Part shown: piece by piece, positions 24,360 through 36,812 of the stretch | Numbering within the stretch: the first letter of the stretch is position 1 | Layout: every line of letters starts with the position of its first letter | Assembly (NCBI GenBank): GCA_951406725.2 | Contig: OX597827.1 | Location: 52,204,001-52,268,000 of the forward strand | Reading direction: 5' to 3' | Origin: Octopus vulgaris | Lineage: Eukaryota | DNA: 64,000 nt | The notes under the pieces: model-generated | What the model was told of the DNA's origin: nothing | The model's database searches: none | The model's input: the letters and a program-made list of their open reading frames with translations, nothing else | Position numbers and translations under genes: made by a program

Positions 24360-24960
24360 ACAGTAATACCATAAAACAACCACTCCCAGCTGTATCACAC
24401 CACAATGCAACACCCCTAACTGTACCATAGCACCACAACACCTAAATTTACTACCATTCAATATCCTGAATGCGCTATTGTACCACCATAAAACACTCCT
24501 CACTACACCTTAGTACAACCACATATATTCATCTCTAGATTAGTACTACTTTAGTACTATTTCTTTATAAACCATACCACAGTACCACTATCTCCAATTA
24601 TACCATAATACCATTACACCTACAATTGTTATGTGATATTGCTACACTACTATAATTGTATCAATGATGTACCATTACACTATCCCTACAATAGTCATGG
24701 CACCACTACATTAAACTCACAACTGCTATGTGGTATCACAATATCTGCTGCAAAAAAGTGTTGTGACATCAAACCATAACTATGGTGAGGTACAATTGTC
24801 CACTACCTCACACTATAGTATCACTATATTATATCTACCCTGTGTTGTGGTTTTACTATGCTACACATGGCACCACTACACTATACTGGAGTAGCACTAC
24901 AAGTTTCACTAAACTATAAGCACTATACTTCCAGTTATATTGTAACAGCAGAACCTTCCA
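24360..24960. repeat. Low-complexity degenerate ACCAC/ACTAC repeat tract
   Basis: Recurring TACCAYARCACCACTACA-like words with no clean period. Confidence 0.55.
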
Positions 24961-25175
24961 CTCCATTGTAATATGATACTAAAGTTTGGTTGAAGTGTAA
25001 TACTATAAGAATACTGTTGAATCCTAACCTCTGCCATACTAGCATGATCCAGATATAGTTGTGAAATTTGTTTTGCAACAAGTGGTTTTGAGTTTGACTC
25101 CACAGCACAGCACGTTAGGCATGGATCTTCTGCCATAATTTTAGGGTTGACTAAAGCCTTGTAAGTGAAATTTAA

Positions 25176-25345
25176 CCCGTTAGCATTTAAACAGGCCCTA
25201 TCCAGCCAAAATATTCTACCTGTTTTATGTTAAAATTAGCCAGATTTGGCCTCCCACAGCTGTCCTGTAATGTAATGCTGATTTAATCAAAATAATGTGA
25301 ATAAATAAGCATTACATTTGACAGAGTAATCTGAATGTTAAAGGG
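25176..25345. mobile_element. piggyBac-type MITE (internally deleted) inserted in an old SINE
   Basis: TTAA|CCCGTTAGCATT ... AATGTTAAAGGG, homologous to 3354-3569. SINE-like sequence lies on both sides. Confidence 0.75.
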
Positions 25346-25859
25346 TGAAAGATAGAAATGAAAATTGTACAGAATCCTATTGGCTGTATGTATGTGTGTT
25401 TGTATCACTCATTGTTTTAACATCTACTTTTCCATACTTGCATGGACCAGATGGAAGTATAATAGGACAGAGTTTTCTACAGCTGATTGCCCTTCCTGAT
25501 GCCAACTACATCTGTTTTCAAGAGTAGTAATAATCTCCCAGTTCACTTGAACATGTTTATAAAGAGAAATGGAAACAAATGACACTACATGAATGAGCCC
25601 TTTGTTTACAAAGATTGTGCAACATGTTAAGAAGCCTGTGGGTGGCAAGCAACCAACTCAGTCAGTGGAGACTATGGAAATACGAATACACACACTTAAG
25701 TTTCTGTGTATCATATCTAGTCACAAGGCTTTTGATTGGTCTGGGGCTATAGTAAAAGACACTTACCCAAAGTGCCAGTCACAGGGACTGAAACCAAAAC
25801 TATGTGGTTGGGAAGAAAAGTTCTTAACACACAGTCACAACTGCATCTATATATATATA

Positions 25860-26250
25860 CTAGCAGTATCACCCGGCATTGCTCGGGTTTGTTTCGACCC
25901 TTTAGAATTGGAATTTTTTGAAAAGTAAAAATTTTGCATTATGTTGCTTGTTATTCTATTTAAGTGAACATTTTTCTGGTTGAAATACACCGAAAAATGG
26001 TGACACAGCAGTCAAAAAATCGTAAAAAATAGGGATTTTCATGGAAAAAAAGCACCTTTTTGATGTAAATAATTTTTGCTCTTAACATGGTTCGATTTGA
26101 AATTTTTCTTCTACAGAAGGAAGAGCAAGCCTTCTTCTATCATACTCTCAATTTTGGTCAACTTGCGCCACAGGGTCTCGGAAGAGATAGTGTTAGTTGA
26201 AGGTTACCAAACCTGCCATACACAGACAACTTCAACTTTATATACAGAGA
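25860..26250 (-). mobile_element. Non-autonomous Helitron
   Basis: Minus strand starts TC and ends CCCGAGCAATGCCGGGTGATACTGCTAG, A|T target inside a TA tract. A similar copy lies at 50889-51279. Confidence 0.9.
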
Positions 26251-26744
26251 TATATATATATACAAGTGGTTTTGTGTAACAATCAAAGTGTACATTAGAG
26301 ATTACATCTCAGGATACTGAACCTCATATTAGTTTAATAGATGAAAATGATTAGTAATATGCTGTATAGCAAACCCATACAAGCCAGTGCAAGTATCTGG
26401 CATATAGAAGATGCAGATGCAGAAGGATCTGTGGTAGGCTAACAAAGAATTCATGAACTGCCAAGCTAATTAATGGAAGTTGATAAATTTACTGGAGGCT
26501 GTCATAATGAGAGTATTTTAGCAAGGTGTTTGCAGATGTTCTTAAGCCCTAGAACAAAACTGATCAGGCAGATTATAATCAAAAGCATTCCACCAAAGAG
26601 TCTTCTTTTTAAAATGGTAGGTAATATTCAAGAGACTGACTGCAATCTCTAGCAGATTGAGTAATCATACACAAGCTCCTTCAGCTTGTACTTTAGCTAA
26701 AAGAAAGAGGCAGAAGTTCAGAAATGTTATTTCTATTAGTACAG

Positions 26745-27257
26745 GAGGCAGTCGAAAACGCCAGCTTCAATATATGGCTGAAGCGGGAAGACCGAAAATA
26801 GCTTGAAAGTCATAACATGCCGGCGGGAAATAACATCATTAGGTGAGACAAGCTGACACTGAATCAGCTTCGCTGACTGACAGGTGACAGTTGTTTAGAG
26901 AATGCGCGGGCTAAAACTACGCACCTTCACTAGTCAGTTAAGATGAGACAGTGTCACATGACAACTTGCTGGGGCTGCCTGCTAGAGCCTAGCGGCAGGT
27001 ATTTAAAGGGAAAAGTTTGACAAGTCAGTCAGTCACCAGCTGACACTCACTGACGATACAGCGAAGAGGCCAGGGAACAGAAGAATACATGCACCCAACA
27101 CCAGAGCTGAAGACACCTCCGAAAGGGGGGGGGGGGCACGTCAAAACGGTAGAGGAGTAAGGGCCGAAACCGGACGTGGTTCCTCCTGATGATGTCTTGA
27201 GCTAACTGGATCCTATAAAGGAGCTGTTGTGGTAGCAGACCACAAAACACAGTTGTA
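26745..27257 (+). mobile_element. GC/CpG-rich non-coding element with TATA-like box and several hammerhead core motifs (pLTR, retrozyme-like or solo LTR)
   Basis: Sharp composition change from flanks. TATTTAAAGGG at ~27000, AGTCAGTCAGTC, CTGANGA at 27050, 27107 and 27186, (G/A)AAAC at 27143, 27166 and 27244. Confidence 0.55.
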
Positions 27258-27949
27258 ATTCCTTCCCTGTTCTCTCACTGTGCAAAAGGTTATATGAAGC
27301 AAATCTAAAAACACATACTTCATACAGACTATTTGTACACAGAGATTTTATTGCTAATATAGGCAACAACTTTTTGAACTTTTACATGTAATGGCAAAAA
27401 AACTGCAAAGGAATGAGCTGCATGTACTCTGTTGGATGTCTAATATTTTCAGTGGATTACATCCAACCCACCAAAAATGGCTGGCAATAGAGTTACTGGC
27501 CAAACTATGCAAATGAAACAACAGTACTGAACTAAGCACCATATTAAATGAAATAAAGCAGCAGTAAAAGAGCCTTAAAGAATTAGTAAAATAAATACAG
27601 TACTTCAAAAGAGAATGAAAAATGAACAGTGAACATGATTTGTCAAGAATTTAAGCCTATCCTATAGCCCTCTAATCTGAAGGAATAGAATAGTTAGCAC
27701 AGATTTATACACTGCAGTAGGAGCTCAATTCAAGTGATTAAAACTGGTTTCATTTAAAGCAAGGGTACTATAGATTAAGAGGTAAGATCATGACAACCCA
27801 AGAGTACAACCATTCAGATTCCCAGTCGAAAACATTTCACTTCTGTTATGCTGTTATTGCCATTAGAAAAGGTAGACGTCATTTCCTTTTCCCCTTCCAA
27901 ATCTAATAGAATTCATCTGCTTCATCTAATAGCAAGAAATTGTCCATTG

Positions 27950-30480
27950 TGTTATCTTCACAAAATTATTTCAAGTAACAATTGAAAACTTCTTCAAATG
28001 TACTTCTCATTCAATGACTTTTTTCTTGATATGATACCAAAAGGATTCAAGACTTAGTCTGAGCATTATGGCTACCAGGACTGACATAATTCCTTCTATG
28101 GTTCACAGTATAGTGGCACAATACATGTGGTAATAATTCTATTCCATCATACAAACTCCAGCTGTCAAAGTGTATTGATCCGTAAGCAAGTATGTTTCCT
28201 ATTATATGCAGCAGTGTGTCTATCAATCTGCCTTATATTTCTTCAAAGAAACATTTTTTTGTGTCTCCTCGAACTATACTTGAAACAACCTTCTCTTTTT
28301 TAGCCCCTTGCATACTGTGAAGATACAAGATTCCTTTGCTTTACAGGAGTAGTGTGTTCCTGAAAATCTGGCCGTAACATGAAATCCCGTAATGCAAAAT
28401 AAATTTTCTTATTATCAAGTGAGATTGTGTTTCTACAGACTTTTTTGTAAAAAAAATAAAAAGAGGCACAGGAAAACAACAGAAAACAAGCAACACGATC
28501 ACCTTTATACATGAAAATACCTATTTCTAAACATACACAGTACAATAAAGACGCATCAAAACAAAAATATTTCAAGAGGAATAAGTTAGGAAATTAATAA
28601 GAATCATAATATCATAAAAGTATGTTCTTCCTACAAAACATGTCGACTACTGTGTGAAGGGTAGTGGTGGATTGAGCATTACTAGTAGGATGACAGACAA
28701 CATTTACTATCTTATAGTTCATTATCACCAACTTGATGGGTGAAGGACTTATCCAGACTTGTCTGTTGGTTATAATGCATCATGTTTTTGTACAGCTCAG
28801 TATAAGAACTGAGCTTGTCGTAAGCTCTTCTTGTAATTTTTATGTTATATTCACAATTAGAATCATTATTAGCTATAACCTGCAGACCTTCCACTTCAAG
28901 TACCAACCCTTTAGTAATAATTTTTGCAATCAGTTTAAGTGGTGTAGGTGAACCTTCCATTATTCCATCTGTATTCTCAGCTTGTTCTTTTTCTAACAGC
29001 ATCGGCTCCTCTAGCAACTCAATCACATCATCTTCTAGGACTTTTGCAAATCCTACATCTTTAGCAAGAATCACAATATCTTTCCGAATTTGATGTAGAC
29101 TTTTCTGCTTGAGGAAAATTTGTAATGTTACAGATACAGTCGGGCCATATACTTTTCCAAGCACTATTCAAAGTTAAAGGTTTCGCTTCATCCCATGACT
29201 CAGCTATATTATCCACAGCATCCATTAAGTTGAATTTCTCCCAGAAATCTCTAACTGTAGGTTTATCCTCCCTGTCAATTGCTTTCATATGTTGTTTGAA
29301 AGTTCTCATATAATATGCCTTTAAGTTAGCTATCAGACCTTGATCCATTGGCTGGAGCAAAGAAGCAATATTCATGTGGATATATTCTACTCTCACATTA
29401 TCAGAAAGGTTTGGTGCACTGTACCAAAAGAAGTGTAAAACAATTTTTGGAAGCTTCAAATCCTGATGTTAATTTTTCTTTTCAAGAAATAAAAGCTCTA
29501 GCAGGCATGTGTTTCCAGAAAAGTGCAGTCTCATCAACACTGTATACTTGTTCTGGTATGTAGCCCTTTCAGCAATCACTTTCTTCAGCTGCTCAGGATT
29601 AGTTGCAGCTTCTTTATCAACATTAGCAGTTCCATCAGTCATTTTTATGTTGTGCAAATTCATGTGCTCCTTAAACCCTTCAAACCAGCCTTTACTAGCC
29701 AAAAACGGTTTTTCATTAGAAATTTCACCTTCCTTTTTCAGCAAATCATCATATAAACTTTTGGCATATTTTTTAATTACCATCATGTTTATTGGCACAT
29801 TATGCCAATTCTAATACTCAATCCATACATTCATGAGTTGTTCCATTTTAAATATTACATTTGATCTATGGAAAAATAAGGTCCAGACAGTGATCAGAGT
29901 AGCTTCTTGAACACTTGACATAATTTTCTCTCTGCTGTCACATGTTGTTCCCACTGTAGACCTTGCAAGATTTAATATTTCGACAAACTTAGTTTTACTT
30001 CTGCATCAAGTCTTTTTAAAACATCAAATTTAATATTCCATGTAATATTAAAGGAAAGTGTAGTTTTAAACTAACAATTTAAAATTAAGAAATACCAGTT
30101 TCCATAAGAGTGAAATTATAAACTGTAACCCAAAATTAATGGTCATACTTTACAATTTCCCTATGTGCAAAGTCCTGTAACCTGAGGTAGCTGTAACACA
30201 GAGTATGCCTGAATTTTGTTTTGTGTATTTCCACCATAAGATGTTCATCTCTATCTTGATTGATTCCACTGATAACAATCAGAATGATATGAACCCAATG
30301 ACACATCCCTCAAGAACATACATCAATCTGCTGGTTTTGTCTAATTTAAATTCTTTACCAATTTTCAATGAATCAGTCTCAGTGTTCAAAAAAAGATAAC
30401 ACATCAAGGAACAACTTTAATAGTAAGTACCTTTGGCATATTTTGTGTCTCACAAACCCATTCCCTTTTCCTAGAAAACT
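27950..30480 (-). mobile_element. Merlin (IS1595/ISXO2-like) DNA transposon remnant split by a Tigger insertion
   Basis: Right part: D*CMFLRDV and MVEIHKTKF (cf. VEIDESKF). Left part: QYARG*KREG, DTKKCFFE, TLLHII..GSIHFDSWSLYDGIE..HYTVNHRRNYVSP and LESFWYHIKKK. Confidence 0.72.
28326..30193 (-). mobile_element. Tigger/pogo-family DNA transposon, near full length, degenerate
   Basis: PFLASKGWFEGFKEHMNLHNIK, NIASLLQPMDQGLIANLKAYYMR, DFWEKFNLMDAVDNIAESWDE. TA on both flanks and degenerate TIRs sharing TTACAGGA. Confidence 0.9.
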
Positions 30481-31218
30481 ACACCAATATGTACAAAATA
30501 TCAAGTGTCTTTTCACAACTTTACACTAGATGTGTATAAATGAGCCTGGTACTTGTGATAAAACCTGTCTGTAGGTGGACAGTTGTTTATAATTGTGCCA
30601 AAACAGGGATAGATTTTCTGAAAGAATCCACTTGAGTATGATCATATACTTGTAGTAGTTAACAGAAGGAAGCAACAACTAGTGGCCAGAGATAAACCTA
30701 AAGAAAAGCCAAAACTAAAAGCTAAACTGCAATGTCCCAGGTCAAATGAAAACAATTTTTGTGAAAATGGAAATGACATGTTATACAACATCGACATTTA
30801 AATTCCATCTTAAACACATAAAACCTAAGCAATTTAATCAAACATACCCTCCCACTTTAAACAAAACCTTTAAATATCCCCTACAACGCTGGCAACAGCA
30901 CAATTCTTCCGCTATTAACAGATACCAGGTTAAGCTTGAGAAAATAAAACTGACACGTTTATTTACATAACAAGCTTCTACACAAGCAAACTGTTAAGCC
31001 TCTAAGTGGTCACTCAAACAGCAAGAAATAATAGAAATCTGTCAACTCACACCTTACTATTATAAATAAGGGAAACATGAGGTAATGTTTTCCAACATAC
31101 CCTAAAAAAGACGAGTAGTCACAGCTGGTGATCATATGTCAGGGCCGGTGAGGGCTAAACAACAAGTTCCTCAGTTCAAGCTACACGCCAAACTATCCAA
31201 CTTGGGTTCGGTACTCAC

Positions 31219-31256
31219 CCTTCGTCTTCAGGATCGCTTGTGCTTCTTTCCGTCAT
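31219..31256 (-). CDS. MARCHF5: E3 ubiquitin ligase MARCH5 (MITOL), coding part of exon 1
   Basis: Kozak-like ATCACC-ATG, MTERSTSDPEDE-GG|GTGAGT consensus donor. Phase 2 joins exon 2 in frame (GG+A = Gly, then RTC). Lies in a CpG-retaining, repeat-free patch. Confidence 0.85.
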
Positions 31257-31560
31257 GGTGATTTTCAGTTGAGCACTGTAAGAATCTCAGCTATCTCGAC
31301 TGAACAAGATACTTCCTAGAAAGAAGTTTAGCAGGACACGTGACTCGAACTCTGCTACGTTTTTTTAATCGGGTGAACTACAGGCTGCCATGGTTGGTTA
31401 TCTTTTCTTAAATATACAAACAGAAGACAGGCGTATAAATTGATGATATAGTCACACACACACAGAGATGACAAAGGCTGCGAGATTATATGCATAGTCT
31501 ACAAAGGCAAATAAATTCATGCAAAGCTGGCGAGCGAGCTGTTTACAAAATACTCTATTA
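31257..31560 (-). promoter_or_regulatory. Putative MARCH5 5' UTR and promoter
   Basis: CpG-retaining unique sequence directly upstream of the ATG. E-box GTCACGTG at 31337-31344. TSS not determinable from sequence. Confidence 0.55.
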
Positions 31561-32999
31561 CTTGAGGGGGAAACAGTATTTTCAACATCAATAATATATT
31601 ATTTTAACCGCTAGTCCAAGCTTAGATTTACAGAGGACTCTACGTCTATAATCGTAAAGAGCCATGTTTGTTAAGGGACAAAGTCGGATGATTGAATTTA
31701 GTTACATTTGTAGACTACACAAGCTTAGATTGATAGAAGCAATACAGAGGTATGGTACATAGGAATGTTGATAATTGTAGAAGAGAACAAGCCGTTTCTT
31801 AAACAAAAATATTTACTTCTGTTTAAAGACATGGACGAATATCTAAATAGAAAAGAGAGAAGCAAAAACAGGCTAGGCGTATATTAAAAGCATGATATGG
31901 CAGAAATGTGTTTCGGTAAAAAGGAGAAAAAAAATCAGAAGAATTCTATACAACTATCGATTACAAAATATGGGTAATAACAATCATTTGCAGTAGTTAT
32001 ATGATAATCGTCAGAAAAGTAGCACATACAGTAAAAGAGTAGTGAACTACTCAGTTTCCTTTTTTTATGTCCGGATAGAATGGTTTCTTGTTAGTATTTG
32101 GTTAGTCAAAAACTCTATAAAAAATGAATAAGCAAATATATCTGTTAATAACTAACCAGGTTGTACGGCGTGTGTTTCTATGTCGCCGGATGTAGAGTAT
32201 TTCACGAGTGGAATAGTTTCCGCTTTGAGCGGAGGGAGGAAAACAGAATTGCTCTTCATAAATCTGTTCTTTCTAGAACATTTTTAGAGAAGTCAACGAC
32301 TAAAAACGGACGGGGAAAAATCCAAAAGGAAATATAAAAAGGCTTATGCGTAATTTGTTTATCTTGTGGTTGTTAACATGTTGGTTAGAAAACTCATTGT
32401 TGCTATATTTTTGAAGTCCTACGCTTGGCTTGCGATTATATTTTTTTTGTACTTTCCATTATTTGCCATTCGTTAGTTTTTGACTTCATAGGATTATAAC
32501 GGAAAACTTTAATACTAATAATTAAATGATAAAAATATGATAAGTAGCTCCCATTAATGACGCAGAGGTCGAATAATTTATCTTCTTCACTTATTTGTCC
32601 CAGCTAATATCAACTCTTATACATATCCCTAATACACCAAATACCCACGATCTGTTGCTCACCTACCAGATCCAACCTTTTATGGTGCCTCGCCGTCTCG
32701 CCACTTACACGGATTGTTCAATTATTTGCTAACCAAGACAACAATCCCCTCTCCCACATCACCAAAGCACCCACTGACCCATGTCTTATCCGTCAATTCG
32801 AGTCACTTTGACTAGAACTGATAACAACACGAATATCAAGTAAGCAAAGAGTGTAGCAGGGCATTAAATGCATCAGCTAATGTATGAAGGGAGTAGCCTG
32901 CATTCGAATTTGTGCGGAAAACGGGATGAAAAAATACTTCTGCTTGACGGGGGGAAGAGGAATAATACTAAGAAAGAAAAAGGGAGTACAGAATGATAG

Positions 33000-33990
33000 G
33001 TCTCAAATATAATCGGAGAATCATCCAGTTTATGTTACCATAGTTTCTTATATCTCAAGAAAGCTTCTATGCTGTAACATCTGATAACTTCCAAACCTCA
33101 ACATTGCAAAATTTGTCAAAGATACTTCTGCTGAAAAAGCACCAACTTTTTAACATATGACAGACTTGATGTTGAGGTTCTTGATACTGAGAGTTCTTTA
33201 TACTCATGTGTCTTCCCATATATCATCCTATTCTGTCATCATAAAGCCTCTGTCCAAATATCTTTGTAGATTCAATTATACCTTGATCCATTGGCTGGAA
33301 CATGGAGGTAACATTAAGTGGCAAGAACATAGCTCCTTTTTTATAGTTGGTAACCATTAATTGACGATGATTTCTTGGATTAGTAACTGATAAATTATAT
33401 CTTTCAAAATTCATAGATGTGCTGACGTTCCCACTACCACTTACTTTAAAAGGAACAAACCTAATATCTACGTTCTTGTAATGCAGCTTCAAAAAAACAA
33501 AAAAACTCCTTAATAATTTAGAACATATAAAGGCTTCATTATTAAAAATTAAAGTATTCCTCAATAGGTGCTATCAATACAACCTTGTTACATCCCTATT
33601 ATATGCTCAAAAAATTGAAACCCTTCACACTTAAGTCATTTAACCTTTTCCTGAATGATTCAATGTCCTTGTTTCACCAAAGATGACATCATTACTCAAT
33701 TCATGACGATTTCTAAATAGCCATTACTGCCCATCACTAGCTTTTGAAATTCTTTGTGCCTGACTAGCTTGGTAGCAGCGCTAAATTTCTACATCTCAAG
33801 CATAGTTACAGCAATATCTTCAATGAATAAACCACATCATCACTACCTCCTCAAGATTTATATATTATGCAAATCTTCCTTGCACCAATATATGATTTAG
33901 AATTTGTATCAACATTATATTTCAAAGAAAAGGCAGTGAATTCATCCTTGACCTTGGCTGTGTCCAAAATTATTTGCTTTTTATCATCAT
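33000..33990 (-). mobile_element. Tigger/jerky-like transposase remnant
   Basis: MFLPLNVTSMFQPMDQGIIES and an upstream ASDGQ*WLFRNRH-type HTH remnant. Confidence 0.75.
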
Positions 33991-34688
33991 AAACTTCACA
34001 GACTTTCCACCACCAAAGCACCAGCCACTAACTTCCTTGTAAGTTCCAATTCTGGGTTTACATAGTAATTTGCTGCTTCTTTAGGTTATTGCTTTCAATT
34101 GAAGTCCTGATGTAAAATACAAACCTGAAAGATGCATAATCTTTGAAATAGAAATGAAAATTACAAGGCAACAATAAGTTGCATTGCATACATTGGTTAT
34201 TTTCACACTGCAGACTGTTATGCTGAAACTATTAAGTTGAATAAGTGTTACTAAAAAATAAACATATAAACTTAAGCACCAACTTTGACCTCACTTTGTG
34301 TTTGTTTCTGAGTGTGTATTATTAAATTTTAAAACGAATTATGGTCAGTGTATATCATGGGAAATCAATTTCAATTAAATTTTGCTTAATTCATACAGTT
34401 TCTCGTCATGAAGTCTTATACAAGTAATAGGATGCATACAAATCAAAAGAAGTCAGGAGAAGAAAGAGTGAATGATTTTGAATTGTTGGCAAGTTAAGAG
34501 GCTAGTTAGAGAGGAGTGTGAAGTGCTAGAGAGGAACAATATTTCTCAGGAAAGCGTGAAAAAGCAAATAACCTGATGTAGAGCAGCAGCAACTTTCAAC
34601 TTTTTGTGATCCCTGATACACTGAATAAAGTGTTAAATGTTATGGTGCACATAACACTTTATTACATAAAAAAAACACAGATAGGTAT

Positions 34689-35052
34689 ACTCTTTTACTG
34701 GCTTCAGTCATTTGACTGTGGCCATGCTGGAGCACCGCCTTTAGTCAAGCAAATCGATCCCAGGACTTATTCTTTGTAAGCCTAGTACTTATTCTATCGG
34801 TCTCTTTTGCCAAACCGCTAAGTTATGGGGACGTAAACACACCAGCATCGGTTGTCAAGCGATGTTGAGGGGACAAACACAGACACACAAACATATACAC
34901 ACACATACATATATACATATATATGACAGGCTTCTTTCAGTTTCTGTCTACCAAATCCACTCACAAGGCTATGGTCGGCCCGAGGCTATAGTAGAAGACA
35001 CTTGCCCAAGGTGCCACGCAGTAGGACTAAACCCGGAACCATGTGGTTGGTG
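34689..35052 (-). mobile_element. tRNA-derived SINE (long OR-like family), slightly 5'-truncated
   Basis: Reverse complement of the 19880-20266 family. Confidence 0.9.
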
Positions 35053-35939
35053 TGCACTTTAATTCAAAGAAATACACTTGCACAAGAATGGTGTATTCAG
35101 CTTGCACCAAAATAAATTTTGATTTCACTCTGTGCTCATAAGTTAGAGATAAAGCAGTGAAAATACAAAGATTTTGTAGTTATACTTGTGTAGATGTAGT
35201 ACGCTGAGTGCATTCCCATCTCTGAATTGAATGTACAATATCTAAAATTCTAATCATTGTCTTACTAAAATTTTCTGCTCAAAAAAGCAATCAACATTTA
35301 TATTATATTATGTATTGTAAATAGAAAATCATTTAGCAGTTACATAATGCTTTGAATTTACATTATATAGTTGGTAAAAAATATATATCTAAAATAGAAG
35401 TATAATCAAATGAAAATTGTTTTACTTATATAATATTAGTGGGAGACTTACATTTACTGATGCCTTTTGATATAAAAAATTAAAAGTTACCTGTTAAGGC
35501 TCTACAGTGTTTATTAATGCTTAATAATTATTAACAGAGTATAGTTTATTAAAACTTAAATTGTCTACCCTTAACTGTTAAGTGTTATATACGGGTACAG
35601 TAAAAAAAAAAACTATACTCACCAAAAAGAAATTACTGTCAGAGAGAAGGAAAATGACATGCTTAATTAATGAATCATGGAACATATTTTATATTGTTTA
35701 TTGATTTTAGGAAAAGCAAATTTTCAAAAGTGGAAGTATTATTTCGTATCACATACACAGTGTAAGAAAGACGAGCACTCAGAGAGCACAAGCCTCCTCC
35801 AAGGAAACACTAACGTCCTCTCAATTATTAGCTGGAGATGATTTTTAAAATGAGAATATCTGAAATAAACTTGACTGTTCTCATAAACGGGAATACTAAG
35901 AATGAACCTGACCACTCTCAAAAATTAAGTAAAAAAAAA

Positions 35940-36140
35940 AAACTGGAAAAATAATCCAGAAACCTTGACTGGTCCCAGATCAATCCCAAAATCTAATCAG
36001 TTTGTGCTAATTATGAGGCCAAACATCCCTGAAAGTTTCATGTGAATCTATCCAGCAGTTCTTGAGATATCTTATCCACGGACAAACAAACAAACATGAC
36101 TGGAAACAATACCTCCGCCTTCACTAAGATAGAAGTAATA
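35940..36140. mobile_element. Possible non-autonomous Helentron/DINE-like element
   Basis: AAAGTTTCATGTGAATCTATCCAGCAGTTCTTGAGATATC, (ACAA)n microsatellite and terminal imperfect hairpin ATACCTCCGCCTT..AAGATAGAAGTAAT. Confidence 0.45.
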
Positions 36141-36244
36141 GAACAAAATAAAAATTTAGTGGGTTTGATCATTAAATCATTGTTGGTAGTATACAATATT
36201 AGTAAGCAGCATGTGAAAGTGAAATGACCACACAAATATTTATA

Positions 36245-36812
36245 GAGGAGAGTTGTGTGAAGAAGTGTCACTCCCAAACAGTTGAAGGAATCTAGGGTAG
36301 AGGGAGACCCAGGAAGACATGGGATGAGGTGGTGAAGCATGACCTTCGAACACTGGGCCTCACAGAGGCAATGATGAAAGACCGAGACCTCTGGAGATAT
36401 GCTGTGACTGAGAAGACCCAGCAAATAAAGTGAGTTCACAGCTGTAACCTACACCAGTGTCGCATAACCAGCCCACTCAAAAGTACCTTGGATCATAGGG
36501 CGACATGCTGTGCTATTGAGTCAAGTACATCAAAATGGAAATTGTAATTGTGATCTCTATGCTAGTGGCATGTAAAAAGCACCAACCGATCGTGGTCGTT
36601 GCCAGCCTCTTCTGGCCCCTGTGCCAGTGACACGTTAAAAGTACCCACTACACTCTTGGAGTGGTTGGCGTTAGGAAGGGCGTCCAGCTGTAGAAACACT
36701 GCCAGATCAGACTGGAGCTTGGTGCAGCCTCCTGGCTTCCCAGACCCCAGTCGAACCGTCCAACCCAAGCCAGCATGGGAAACAGACATTAAACGATAAT
36801 GATGATGATGAG
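36245..36812 (+). mobile_element. RTE LINE 3' end (ORF C-terminus plus UTR)
   Basis: GRPRKTWDEVVKHDLRTLGLTEAMMKDRDLWRYAV, followed by the shared tail and (GAT)n. Confidence 0.9.
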
